Positions 27,362 through 39,273 of a stretch of 64,000 nt of DNA are shown here, piece by piece. Below the pieces are notes generated by a model. That model worked only from the letters and a program-made list of their open reading frames with translations, had not been told where the DNA came from and searched no databases. The stretch is from Psammoneis japonica (Eukaryota). Within the stretch, counting starts at the first letter, position 1, and each line of letters begins with the position of its first letter. Made by a program: the position numbers and the translations under genes. The stretch covers positions 1-64,000 of the forward strand of contig QPGO01000064.1 of assembly GCA_008632985.1 (NCBI GenBank). The letters are read 5' to 3'.

Positions 27362-28579
27362 CTACTCATAGCAAAATCCGTCGTCAAGGCATTCACAAAG
27401 ATCATAGGAAAAGGGAAAGTGCAAAGCCGAATGTGTCTCGATAACGTCTGGAGAACTCAGCTTATTCGGCATGAGAGTCATGCCGATTAATACAGTCAGA
27501 AGCATCGACAAGAATATTCGCACTCGTTGTGAGTGCTTCCATTCTAAAGCTTCGTGTCTCATGCTTGCCAGAAATGACAATATCATTCCCAACTGTCTCC
27601 AAGGGTCCTCTTTTACATATGCATTGTTTTCATTCTGTAGTAGCAACTGCTCTTGCACAAGTTCGGCCACGACTTCTGCCATGCGATTGGTCTCGTAGCA
27701 AACGACTTGAACCGCCGACGTTTGTTCTTGAGCTGCCAAGTGAGCTTCCATGAGATTTGTGTCTTCCCAAGGAATTTCAGGTACATCTCCATCAAGCGCA
27801 AGCGAGAGTAGGAAACGGGATTGCGTTGTTTCGGGTGTTTCCAAAAGCCCAGGTGGAGTCAAATCATTTGAAAGCGTTTTCACGTCGCTTAAATCATCAT
27901 CTTTCGAATCATCAAAAAGTATCTCATCTTCTTTCAACCACTCCAGAGCTTGTTTCATTTCCTTCGCCGTCTGTTCTGCAGTCGCGGCCTGACGATTGGA
28001 TTCCTCCACGGCATCTCGGCTGTGCGATTCCACGCTTGCATCGTCCATGCTGGCAAACGTCGTGGACGATTCAGCAACGTGAATCTCCTCAACCAGTACA
28101 TCCTCATGAACATCAACAGGATGTACCTCACTACCATCATCAGAAGATAAAGATACGGTTGAATCCTTGGAATCTTCTGGATGTTTCGTACCTCGACTCT
28201 GATCTTCTGCATCTACGAGATTCCATTCACGCAGTGCCTGCTTCATTTCAAACGCATTTCGTTCCGCTCTACCCGCCAATACTGAACTCTGTACTACTGC
28301 ATCATCATCGTCGTCTTTTGCTGATTCGACAATGGACATGAATCGTAGACGTTCAAGCCAGTGATTTGTTGCCGTACCTCTTGTGCGTTTTGGAGACAGC
28401 CGTTCTCTCGGAGAGACGCATCTGTTGATAGCACCATGATCTTCTGCATTACTACTAGACCACGAGGAAGAGGATATAGTGTCGTTTGCAAGGGGAGAAA
28501 GCGGTGGAGCGTGAGAACATCTATCATGCTGCTGCTGCTGCTGCTGCTTCCTTCTGGAGTGATGGTTCTCATGATCCAT
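27362..28579 (-). CDS. Hypothetical acidic protein with polyQ and a C-terminal transmembrane helix
   Basis: 405-aa ORF with ATG start, (CAG)7 run, repeated AxEMKQALxxW motif, IFLSMLLTVLIGMTLM helix. Confidence 0.65.
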   Translation of the reverse strand: MDHENHHSRRKQQQQQQHDRCSHAPPLSPLANDTISSSSWSSSNAEDHGAINRCVSPRERLSPKRTRGTATNHWLERLRFMSIVESAKDDDDDAVVQSSVLAGRAERNAFEMKQALREWNLVDAEDQSRGTKHPEDSKDSTVSLSSDDGSEVHPVDVHEDVLVEEIHVAESSTTFASMDDASVESHSRDAVEESNRQAATAEQTAKEMKQALEWLKEDEILFDDSKDDDLSDVKTLSNDLTPPGLLETPETTQSRFLLSLALDGDVPEIPWEDTNLMEAHLAAQEQTSAVQVVCYETNRMAEVVAELVQEQLLLQNENNAYVKEDPWRQLGMILSFLASMRHEALEWKHSQRVRIFLSMLLTVLIGMTLMPNKLSSPDVIETHSALHFPFSYDLCECLDDGFCYE

Positions 28580-28929
28580 TTTTTCCTATATTCAAAGAGC
28601 TACCTGAGCGCCATCTCTCGATGCTCTGAAGTTCAAACCACTGTTTCCCTCTTTAATATCGGTGGCTCTCCCACTCAAGAACAGAACTTAGAGCAATGGA
28701 ATGGAGTTATTGTGATTGCATGTGTGAGATCGATCGTGACGTGCGTGCCGGTGGTGGCTTCTTCGCGCCTTTTTGCAGATCGCTCAAATCGCTGAACCGC
28801 GCGCGTGTCATCGCGCTCGTGACTCACACCTGTGACTGACTGACTCACCAATCGTCTCCAGTCCGCCGTGTGGCAAGAAAGCATCACAACAACCTCTCAC
28901 TGCCACCGGCAGAGGTAGATTCTCATCCC

Positions 28930-30600
28930 AACTCTAGAGACATGGCAAAATGGCAGACACAATGGCTCTCCACCAGCAAAAAATCAAGATGTGTCATTGC
29001 CCATTTTTCAACAATTTGCCATTGAAGTTTGACCTTGTTGTGCCCGCAGCTTGTTCTCCAGCTCCAGGTGTTTAAAAAGGGGCGCGATTCATCACTCGCC
29101 CATTTTTGCATTTGGCACAATGAACTCTTTCAGTTTCAATTTTTTTTTACAATGGAAGGGTGAGTGTTCATGAACATTTTATTTTTTTCAAAATGATCAA
29201 AATTGAAAAGGAGAGTGCCGTGTGCAAGGTTTGATGATGCAGCAACAGCATGTGGATGAAAGCTGATGCTGCTGAGCACACAAAAGTGGGTCCATTGCTG
29301 TGGTGCACCTGTGTCGCAAGCGTGGGGCCAAGTTTGTGGAGCAATGACAGCAACGTGTTCAAGCCGCACACGAGCCAAAACATGCACAAAAACACAACAT
29401 TCGCACAATTTTTGTGCGGTCTCTCACTTGCAAATGAGCTTTTGCCACCAAAAGCGCAGATTCATGCAAACACAAATGTTTTGCAACATTGACAAGACTT
29501 GTGTCAGCGCTGCAATGTCATTGATTTTTTGTGCAGTTGATGTTTTTCATTGCGACAAACGAGTTGCAACAGCCACAGCGGATGATCGTTTCCAAAATTT
29601 TTGAAGATTCATGTGCTGTTGCTGTTTGAAAACTAACATGAAATGTTTGTGCATGCATTTTGTAGCATCAATCTGCTTGCACAAAAGTTTCTGCATTTCA
29701 AGCACTGGTGCACAGTCTGCATTTTTTCTGCACAAAAATTTTGTCTCACATGTGTGTCTCATGTGAAGACTTGAGCACCAACAAAACATTCATTTAAATG
29801 TGCACACTCTAACAAGTGCAAAAGCCAGAGTGCACAAGCATTTTAATGAGCAGCCTCAATGCACGAAGCTTGTGCAAAGTGTGTGCAAAACGGATTGTCG
29901 TTTTGTGCATCACCTGGTGCTGAAACATGCCCAGCTGCAAACCTCCCATCTCTGTGCAGCTTGTGCTCTCTTTCTTGCTGGTTGCCCATGCAAGGGTCCC
30001 TCGTTTTGCTTGGCTTGCAAGAGCATAAAAACAATGGACCAACACAGCAGCAAGCTTTGCAAACCATTTGAGTGCTCTTTTGTGTCTCTGCTGCCGCCAA
30101 ATTGGCTGATTTGGTGCTTTTCAATCTTTGATTTTTTAGCTGATTTGTCCTGAGAAAGATGAATGTTTTGGAAAGGAATTAAAGTCTGCTCTCCAGCTGT
30201 CATTGGCAACACACACAGGCACTTTCACAGAGTGTCTGTTGCCGCAAAGCTGCTCTCATGGTGTTGGCACGCGGGCAGAGCCGCCAGCTCATGGGGGGGA
30301 CTCATCCGTCACACCAAACAAGTGGTCAACATGGTTCTTGGGCGATGTGCATGTGCAGCAAAGGTGGTCATCCTGTAAATCACAAAGATGCAGGCAACTC
30401 TGCTCAAAGCTCTGTGACGACAGAGCCGCGCCGGCGGTGCTGTGGGCAGCCAAGCCTTGTTGCCCCCAAAGAAAGTTTTTTGAAGGTGTTTTGTGGTGGG
30501 GGCAGGAGCACAGCAGCAAGTTGTGTCAGATCTCAGGGTGATTTTCTGTCCTCCAACACTGAGAAACAAAGAAATCATCAAAAAAGCCTCTGTCAACTTC
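28930..30600. mobile_element. TpA/CpG-depleted repeat relic, family uncertain
   Basis: Extreme TG/CA enrichment. Residual TpA is mostly TAA/TAG. Only Cys/His-rich spurious ORFs. Confidence 0.55.
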
Positions 30601-30988
30601 TCGGAACACCAACTCATTCCCTTCTTCTCTCGTGACTTGGTTGACGCCCGTGATGCGATGGCCTGACTCCACTGTCGGTCTCCACGACGCGCCGGTACGT
30701 GTTTCGTCGGTGCACGTCATTGCACGAAATGCTGGCCACTGATTGGTGGAACATCGCTCTTTTTTCTCTGACGATGAGAACCCCAAAATGCTTGGCTTTT
30801 TGGCTGAACATGTGACGTCACGCAGCCAGCACAACACGCGAATTGGCTGATGGAATTTTTCTCACAACACACCTTGAACCTGATTCTACACAGACACGGC
30901 ATTAGAGTTGTCATTCTTTGTGTCTCCAGCGAGTGGCTGGGACTCGTTCCCATTCTTTCGTCGTTCATTTGCGTTTGCAAGATCAATC

Positions 30989-32264
30989 ATGAAGGCTGCT
31001 TTGTTGATATTCGTCGGGGTTACGGCCGTGGAAGGCTTTGTTGCTCCCAACATGCCGTTTGTTCCGGTAAGAATCTTCCCAGCAGAATTGAGAGTTTCTG
31101 TTTGCAGTTGGTCGCAGACAGACACGAGAGAAAACCCTCAACACGATTTTTTGACGTTGTTCTCACGATTCCTCACGATTAGATGAACAACGTGTTGGGA
31201 AGCAGAATCCATAAGCCTATTTACATGGCAGACTCGACCATGTTCGTAGATTCGTCGGAAGGAATGGGACCAGGAGGTGGTAACAATCCCGCGGAGGAGT
31301 CGTTGGGATCATCGATGCCCTTGCAGGCTGAATCAGCAGAAACACCCCAGCCAGTCGTTGCCGAAGTTGAAACTCTCGAGGAGATGAAAGTGAAGGATCC
31401 GATTGGAGTACTCTTGAATGAAGTTCGTGCTCTGGATATGAATACCGTAATCAACACGGCTGTATTGGTTTGCGTTGTTCTTGCAGTGCTTACCAAGCTC
31501 TCCACAGTAGATTCGGGATTGACCAGAGGATGGTCGGTTGAAGAAATTGCGCTTCGAATTCCTCTCGACACTTGGCAGTCGTATTCTGCCGTTTTGGAGG
31601 AAGCGCCCATCTCCACAAAGGCAGTCACGAGTGCCACGGTGTACACGATTGGAGACGTCATTTCACAGACGACCGAGGGAAGAGAGATTGGAGAATTGGA
31701 CCGTCCTCGTGTTCTCCGTAGTTTGTTGGCGGGCCTTATTGGTCACGGACCACTTTCGCACCTGTGGTACAATTTCAGTGAAGGAATATTCAACGATTTC
31801 TTGCACTGGACGGCTTGGTGGTCCTTTTTTCCAAAGGTTGTTCTTGATCAAACCACGTGGGGGCCAATCTGGAACAACAGTAAGTCAATTCCTTATTGAA
31901 GTATCGTTGGTTGTGAGTTGAGGTTCGAGACACAATTCTTACATTCCTCTCAATGTTGGTTATGGTTTTTACAGCCTACATTTTGCTCCTTGGTCTCATG
32001 AAGTTGGACAAGCCCGAGACGATTTTTAGTGAAATGAAACGCACGACCATTCCCTTAATTGTCTCTGGTCTCAAGCTATGGCCTTTGGCGCACTGCGTCA
32101 CATACGGTCTGATTCCGGTCGAGAATCGACTCTTGTGGGTCGATTTGGTGGAGATTATCTGGGTCACCATTCTCTCCACCGCTGCATCCGGTGCAGCTGA
32201 GGAGGTCATGTTGGAAGAAGAAATTGCAGAAGAGGAAGTAGCAGCATCCGCCGCCACAACATGA
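30989..32264 (+). CDS. Mpv17/PMP22-family membrane protein, plastid-targeted, 3 exons
   Basis: MKAALL...VEG|FVAP, PISTKAVTSATVYTIGD, GPLSHLWY, KVVLDQTTWGPIWN, LKLWPLAHCVTYGLIPVENRLLWV. Introns ~31067-31182 and ~31880-31974. Confidence 0.9.
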
Positions 32265-32812
32265 CACGCCGCAACAGAATACTGCTTCTTCCCAATGTTT
32301 TCGACTCGCTGCCACACTGGTGTCGAGACATTATTATTACACATTATGCATCCGCATGCCACACGCACACACCACAATTTTCTGCGTTACAAGACAAAGC
32401 ACACCACACAAGTAACCCATATAGTCATTTGCACACACATTGCTTACATATTGAATTTAGAGTATTTTAATTGCTCCGAGGGTAGATTCGCATCTTTCAA
32501 GTAGCTGCAGCATCCATTGGTTCGTTCTCAGTTCCCGGAACACGGTTGTGGTACTTTGTCCGTCATTGTCTGAAACAATTCCTATCCGTGACGCTGCAGT
32601 CGTTGGCTTGAAGGGAGAAAGAATCTGGAAGTAGAAAGTATTGGGCAAGGGACTCCGAGACCGCGGTTATGAGGAAACGTGAGAAGAACGATCTTAGTCT
32701 CCAAAAAAGTAGAGTTTTACTTTTAAATATATGAAAACATTAAAATCAGTTACGCAAAAAGAAACGTCCCATCTGATGGATCAATCTTCAACTACGCGAG
32801 CATGCTGCCGGA

Positions 32813-33484
32813 TTAGAAAGGATTACCATTATGATCACACGGACAGGGTTCAATGTTGCTGAAAAAATCGTGTAGCTGTGAGGCCGGACATCGCTTTGCC
32901 AGAGCACCTTGCCATCACCGTAAAGGGTGAGCCTGTTCTCGGTAGGATGTTGGTCATATGCAGCACAAAGATAACAGTCTTTGAGCCTAGTATTCCTCGC
33001 ATTGGACTCCCACTTGATTTCCCAATGCCGGCCAAGTCTTTTCCTTCGAAAAGGAGCAACTTGCAATCCCTCTGCAAGTACATGGTGAGGTTGGAGCCAC
33101 CGGAAAACTTGTTATCGGACGGGCTGTACAAGTTTCCTCTCTTGAGGGAATTGTAATAGGGCTTCTCATTCTGCGAAAGGGAGAAGCAGTCCAAGCTATT
33201 CCAAACTCCGAACCTCTTCTTGATATATACATAGAACAAGTGTCTCCTTGGAGGTAGAGTTTGTAGAAAGCTCTTCCGAGGTTCGTGCCAGTGGCATAGA
33301 CGATCTCATTGTCCCCCCCTCCCGGATGTCGGTAGACGATCAAGTTCCCATCCGAATGCATTGCCACGAAAACCTCTCCCCTCTGCTTGGGTTTCCTGTA
33401 TGCCAAGGAGTCTTGAATTGGCCGTTAATCTTCCGCTCCACCATCAGATTACCACAGTTCCTTAGACGCAGCCGGCAGTTGCCG
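32813..33484 (-). pseudogene. 5'-truncated, frameshifted bulb-type (B) lectin-like duplicate
   Basis: Aligns to 39274-39955. MHSDGNLIVY and LQRDC motifs. Frameshifts near 33235 and 32860. No signal exon. Confidence 0.8.
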
Positions 33485-33598
33485 TGGGAAGAAGCTGTGG
33501 ACTAATCAAAATTGTCTCTCACGACACTTACTTCCATATCTTCACATTTATGTACATATGGTAAACCAACGCCACACTCCACCAAACTACCTAGGGCC

Positions 33599-36500
33599 CT
33601 ATTCCTCCTGCGCAGTCGCAGGCTCCTCGATGATGGCTTCGCAGAACTGATCATGGGAAGTCGGATCCTTTTGGCATTCCCGTTCCTCTACGGTTGGGCC
33701 ATCTTGGCATTTCCTTTCGGTTGTGGTGGAATCCTCTTGGTGTTTTTGTTTTGTCATAATTTGGACCTTTTGTTCTTCCTTGTCTGTCGTAACTCGATCC
33801 TCTGGGTCTTCTCCTTCTGTTGTAGATAGAACTGGGTCTTTCGCTTCTGTTTCATCATTGGATCCGCCAACAACACTTACGTTAGAGTTGTAGGATGCAC
33901 GCGAAGAAAATCCACTGCTGCTAGTGGGTCCATCATCTGTGGTCTTTGGGACCACTGTCGTAGAATTCTGATTCTTCAACGAACTTTCAAACGCCATACT
34001 CGACGAACGTTGTACGTGTAAGGGAGCCGAAGATGTACCAGGGTCTTCGAAGCCTGAGATATGCACGCGACCGCGACTGTGTTCACTGACGGCGGTGGTG
34101 AAGTGATCACTACCACCATCAAGAATGTACTGATGTACGTTCTGAATGATGGGCACAAAAATCAAGCCAAGCATACTACCACAGACAGCAAATATTAGTG
34201 CTATCTGTAGAACATACTTGATAAGAGTGTCATCGTCATCGATTAAGAAGATAACAGGGAGGCCAACCATAAGGAGCTGTAACCAGCATAACACAGCGAT
34301 ACCGACGTATTTGCTCTCGCTTAGCTCGCTGGGGAGATTCCGGGCCTTAAAGGCCTGCCAGACCGCCAATAGCAAGGTGGCGAGGTTAACGGAAATGGTG
34401 AGTCCCAAGAACACATCCCCAGCTACACCTTCGCTCTTGCATGATCCATATGTATTCCACTCTTCCCCATTAACAGGCAGACGTTGCCATGTGAGTGGAT
34501 CGATGATCGTCCATAGCACTAGAACAACAACGTTTAAAGAAAGCATGACAGACCCCCAAAGTAGGACATCCTTGGCGGTAATTTTTCTCCTCACAAAGCT
34601 CCCCGCATTCAGCAGCTTGTTGACTCGCAACAGCTTCGAAAAGAGAGCTGCGCAGGACAGCGAAAAACCGATTGACAACAGCCAGGGCGTTGCCTGACAA
34701 GAAAAGTCGCACACGTTGTCCGGCGCAATTTGATCGTCAATTCCCAGCATAATCATGGCGCAGCCAATGATACCAACTCCAGTTAAAAGGATATAGAGAA
34801 AGGAGGGCTGCATTTTCGTCAGGGTAGGAATGAATGAATTCCGTACGACCCATATTGCCAGCCCGACAGCAGACAAAACGACAATGGCAGCCAACGTAAA
34901 GCCAAGGTAACGAACGTTTCCAATGTAGTTCATTTCGGGTGTCGGATCGACGCGCATAATCACATCAAAGGTAGCATCTAGCCCTTCGCAGCCCACATGC
35001 AGTCCTCCGTCGAGAATACGAAAGGCGACTTGCCCGTGCGCACTGCCAGGTTCGAGGTTTCTCGCAGAAACCTGATAGTCAATGGAGAGTCTTGACCCTG
35101 CGTTGAGCAAAAAGGGAGCATCCTTGACAAAGATGTTACCAAGTTCCTCATCCTCATTCAACTTGGCTTCGGTAATCTCGAGCCATGATGGCAGACTCTT
35201 GGGTCCAACGTTGACGGGAAATACGGCACCATTCACCAAAGACGCTGTACTTGTCACATTCTTGGTGGACCCCGTTTCACCGTGAAATTCAAAGTTGGAT
35301 CCTACCCACACTATGTTATTCGTCTTGGGACAGGGCAGACAACTTTGCAGAGCTGCATTGTACGTAGTTGACACGGTGCAATTCTCTGGCATCTGCACAA
35401 GATTCATTACATCCGTGGAGGAAGTATCATTAATGAGACGGCCTTGGAGTGTGGTATTGTAGGGCTGGTCCTCCTTGGCATGAAACGTATTCATATACGC
35501 AATGGTAGCACTGAGGGCCGACTCGCTGCCAATGACTCCTGGGACTTCTCCTTCAATCACCAAGTCCGAAACGGTCAGTGCCGGAAATTTACCATGTGAT
35601 CCACACTCATAACTGTTGGTGACAAAGCTGTACATGGTCAATCGTTGGACTGGTTCATAGGCCTGTGTTGTTTCATTCCAAACATCCAAGGCCAACAAAC
35701 GGGAACTGTCTTGGGGAATATTGGCATTATAGGTCAGGCGCATGCCAGAGACCTGGAGTAGCTTGGACCATCGACCGCCAAAAAACTTGCTGACCCGTGT
35801 AGAATATTCTGCCAATTCAAAGAGGGAAATGCCGCTCATGACGCCCTGACACAGTGTCACAGGAAATGGAAAGGTGGACCACAAGCTTAATGCATCAATG
35901 GGACCAGCCTCCCAACCCACTCCACGCATGGGTCCAGCGGAAAGAAACGCAACTTGCGCACCAGCATTCCACCGGTAGGCATCTGCCAAGAGATTGCCAA
36001 TGGCGCATTCCCCATGGCGACAGGTTACCCCAATGGGCGGCATGGTTGTAGTGTACCCCGCAATGGGATTGTGACGAAAGGCCTCTTGCGTCAAAGCGGC
36101 CACGGCGGCGACATTCTTACGATACGTGCCGTCAACGGCCTGTTCCGGGAGTTTAGGATAGGGCCGCTGGAGTACTGTTACGTTGGCCAAGCGCGTGGGA
36201 TCATTATTATCGGTGCTGATGCTACTGCGCGTCAACTGAAATTGGAGGTATTGACCGGCTTCACGACTAGCCGAAACAATCCAGGGTGCCCATGTTGAAT
36301 CATTACCATAGCGAATTGGCTTGTGGTCGGCCTCGGGCATATTAGCCACAAGATTGACAATGAGAGCTGGCGGTGGCGAATCGATTGTGGCATTTGTTGT
36401 GACTTGTTGTAGATATCGTTCGAAGAATCCAGGGTTCCATCCAGGTGATTTAAGAAATAGAACTGGAGTCCAGCAGCCAGGGGGGTTGCCGGGCTTGCTG

Positions 36501-37216
36501 TTATTGTTGTTGTGGGCGAGTTGACTGTTGTTTTGAAAGCAGCCATTCTCCCGATTGACTCTGGCAACATAGCGCGTAAGGGCTATGGAAGCATCTGCCC
36601 GAGGGATACCGATCACGGCAGGATTGGAGCGAGCATCAAAGTACATAATAGCCAAGAGCGTGTCATGGTCAAAGTATATGTTGCGATGGTACGGCCAAAA
36701 AGAATTCATGGGCGTCAAGCTCACGTCGGACAAGAGAGAAGGAAAGGCCAGATCTTGTAAAGCCGTGATATTTCTCTGCCGCGACCTATCATAATCATCC
36801 GTCGAAGGGTTGATGCCTAGATTTGACGGGTTCGTCATGTAGAATTTCCATCCCAACAAGTCTTTGAGAACAGTAGCATGGACGCCCCACTGGTCGGGAT
36901 GTAGATTTGTGATATAATCCAAATAATTCAATTCTGGCACCACAACGTACGGCAGTGCAGCAGTCGTTGCAGTGGTCGTGGAGTTGTTGTTGTTGTTGTT
37001 GTTGTTACCCTCTTCTTCTGGTGCTAGTGATTGACTGTAATAGCGCACGAGGGCATCGGCCACCACCGGACCGGCGTAACATGCTTCTTCCTCTCCCACA
37101 ACGGGGCCCTCACGACAGGATGAGAGGTTTTTGCCGCTTGCGAAATTCACGAGGCCTGGCAAGGCCATCAAGACAGTATTGCGACTGTCACTGCCGTCGT
37201 CGTTGTTGCTGCTCAT
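33599..37216 (-). CDS. Class C (GABA-B-like) 7TM receptor with extracellular 5'-nucleotidase-like domain
   Basis: 1205-aa intronless ORF. CRHGECAIGNLLADA..AFLSAG..FPF..LQVSGMRLTY (5'-nucleotidase C-terminal domain), then MQPSFL, PWLLSIGFSL, LFSKLLRV, DPLTW, SESKYV (7tm_3). Confidence 0.88.
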   Translation of the reverse strand: MSSNNDDGSDSRNTVLMALPGLVNFASGKNLSSCREGPVVGEEEACYAGPVVADALVRYYSQSLAPEEEGNNNNNNNNSTTTATTAALPYVVVPELNYLDYITNLHPDQWGVHATVLKDLLGWKFYMTNPSNLGINPSTDDYDRSRQRNITALQDLAFPSLLSDVSLTPMNSFWPYHRNIYFDHDTLLAIMYFDARSNPAVIGIPRADASIALTRYVARVNRENGCFQNNSQLAHNNNNSKPGNPPGCWTPVLFLKSPGWNPGFFERYLQQVTTNATIDSPPPALIVNLVANMPEADHKPIRYGNDSTWAPWIVSASREAGQYLQFQLTRSSISTDNNDPTRLANVTVLQRPYPKLPEQAVDGTYRKNVAAVAALTQEAFRHNPIAGYTTTMPPIGVTCRHGECAIGNLLADAYRWNAGAQVAFLSAGPMRGVGWEAGPIDALSLWSTFPFPVTLCQGVMSGISLFELAEYSTRVSKFFGGRWSKLLQVSGMRLTYNANIPQDSSRLLALDVWNETTQAYEPVQRLTMYSFVTNSYECGSHGKFPALTVSDLVIEGEVPGVIGSESALSATIAYMNTFHAKEDQPYNTTLQGRLINDTSSTDVMNLVQMPENCTVSTTYNAALQSCLPCPKTNNIVWVGSNFEFHGETGSTKNVTSTASLVNGAVFPVNVGPKSLPSWLEITEAKLNEDEELGNIFVKDAPFLLNAGSRLSIDYQVSARNLEPGSAHGQVAFRILDGGLHVGCEGLDATFDVIMRVDPTPEMNYIGNVRYLGFTLAAIVVLSAVGLAIWVVRNSFIPTLTKMQPSFLYILLTGVGIIGCAMIMLGIDDQIAPDNVCDFSCQATPWLLSIGFSLSCAALFSKLLRVNKLLNAGSFVRRKITAKDVLLWGSVMLSLNVVVLVLWTIIDPLTWQRLPVNGEEWNTYGSCKSEGVAGDVFLGLTISVNLATLLLAVWQAFKARNLPSELSESKYVGIAVLCWLQLLMVGLPVIFLIDDDDTLIKYVLQIALIFAVCGSMLGLIFVPIIQNVHQYILDGGSDHFTTAVSEHSRGRVHISGFEDPGTSSAPLHVQRSSSMAFESSLKNQNSTTVVPKTTDDGPTSSSGFSSRASYNSNVSVVGGSNDETEAKDPVLSTTEGEDPEDRVTTDKEEQKVQIMTKQKHQEDSTTTERKCQDGPTVEERECQKDPTSHDQFCEAIIEEPATAQEE

Positions 37217-37439
37217 GATTGACGTCTCTCAGCTCCCTCTCTCATCTTTTTGGGAATAGCGGTCGGAAGTTGAAGGTCGCGATCTCTCTTCTGTGTCTTA
37301 TTGTTTGTGTTGTTCACCCGTGCACCGTGCGTGCGGCATGTTTACGGTACTGCGTTCAGCGTATCATACAGGACATACCGGTACAGCCGTGGCGTGCTGT
37401 ACCTGGTACGGCCTCTCGGTCCTTCAGCGGTGCGACGCA

Positions 37440-38490
37440 TGTGTGACAGACGGTAAAACCCAGGGTTTTTGAGTGTTGAGTGAGCCAGTTGAGATTGGAG
37501 CTTGGATGAGTGTCTTGCAAGCTGGTCAGCCATGGATTCAGTGACCAAAACACTGAGGCTCTGAAGGTCCCATTGGGAGGGTGTGTGGTGGGTGTGTGGT
37601 GGGTGCAACTGTGAGAGACGAGAGCTGGCTGAGACACAAATGCTTTTCACAGCAGCAGGCTCCAGCAGGCAGAGCTGTTGCTGCAGGGGAAAGATGCTGG
37701 TGCCACAGGAGGAAGGGAGCTGGGCAAAAGAAAATGAATCATGGGCATGAGGAAGTTAAAAAGAAGCAGCTGTTGTCCAAGGCAGAGCAGAGCTGGAGTG
37801 GGGGGCACCTTGGTCAGGAGGCCATCAAAGAGGCTGGTGTGGGCAAAGTGGTTGGGTGCGCCGAGATGGCCAACACAAGTGGGGCAAGACAAGGATGTTG
37901 GTGCTGGGAGGTGGCCCATGAATGAGGAGAGAGCTTTTGGGTTGCCAGTCTTGGTTGCAAAACTGTGGGTGGCACATGTCGGAAAAGATTGGGTGCCAGC
38001 CGAGTGACAAAAAGTGGGGGCAGAGCCGGCTGAGATGGTGGAGTGACACCCGGGCTCCATTGGGCTGATGCAGGCACACTTGTGGGAGAGAAAGAGTGCA
38101 TGGGGGGGGCAGTGTCAGATCTCAGATCTGTTGCAGCAGCACCCATTTGGACCCTTTCTTCTTGGACCCCCTCCGTTGAAAGTGCTCGCCCTGCGGCAGA
38201 TGCCCCAGTTTGCCGTGGTTGTGACACATTTCTTGGTTCCTTGTCAGCAGGGACAAGTTGGCAGCTGGCATGTGGTCACTTTTGTTTCATGATTTGCCAC
38301 CAATGTTGGGGGCATTTTTGCTCATGTGATGGCTGCTCATCATGTGGGTGGCTGGTGGCAAAAAGTGCGATGTCATGAGTGGCGATGCTGCTGGCTGATG
38401 AAGTCTCTCTGGGCAGAGAGAGAGAGAGACACACACATGAGGTGCAGTGGGCAAGACATGAAAAACAGCAGCTTGTGATGACTTGTGCAC
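37440..38490. mobile_element. TpA/CpG-depleted repeat relic
   Basis: Only about 2 TpA seen in ~1 kb; TG/CA-rich. Confidence 0.55.
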
Positions 38491-38720
38491 TCAGAAGGAA
38501 ACAAAATGTGCAGCTGTTCCCTTGATCATCTCTGGTTTCAAGTTGCGGCCTTTGGTGTGCAGCATCACACATGGGTTGATTTCGGATGAGAAACCACCAA
38601 AACACTCTTGCATGTGGGTTGATTTGGTGGAGATTGTCTGGGTCACCATTCTCACCACCACTGCACCACCACAACAACATGACATGCACCACAAGAAAAT
38701 GCTGCTCCTTTCCAAAATGA
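38490..38720 (+). pseudogene. Hypermutated duplicate of the Mpv17 last exon
   Basis: VPLIISGFKLRPLVCSITHGLIS...WVDLVEIVWVTIL versus IPLIVSGLKLWPLAHCVTYGLIP...WVDLVEIIWVTIL. The homologous block continues to ~39955. Confidence 0.9.
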
Positions 38721-39273
38721 TTTAGACTCACTGCCACGCTGCTGTCCAGACATCATTGTCACAAAAATTGTGCATCCTTGTGCCACACACCCACACACCA
38801 CAGTTTTCTGCTCTTCAAGATGGAGCACACTGCACACCCCACAAGTGTCTCATGCAGTCATTTGCACACCCATGCTTTCATGTTAAGTCTGGAGAGCATT
38901 TTAATGGCTCCAAGGGTAGATTCTGTTCTTTCAAGCAGCTGCAGCATCCCTTGCTGGGTTCATAACCGGAAAACCGTCATCGCACTTTGTCCGTCAGTGG
39001 CTGAAACAATTCCTAACCATGACACTGCAGTAATTGGCTTGAAGGGACAAAGAATCTTCAAGTAGATAGTGTCGGGCAAGGGACTCCGAGACCGCGGTTA
39101 TGAAGAAAAGTGGAAAGAACGATCTTACTGTTGTCCAAAAGTGGAGCTACTCTAACATATGAAAACATTTCAGAATCAGTTATAAAGAAGAAACGTCCCA
39201 TCTGATGCTTTTTTCTTTGTACGACTGCTAACTTCTCAGGATCAATATTCAACTACGCTAGCATGCTGCCAGA

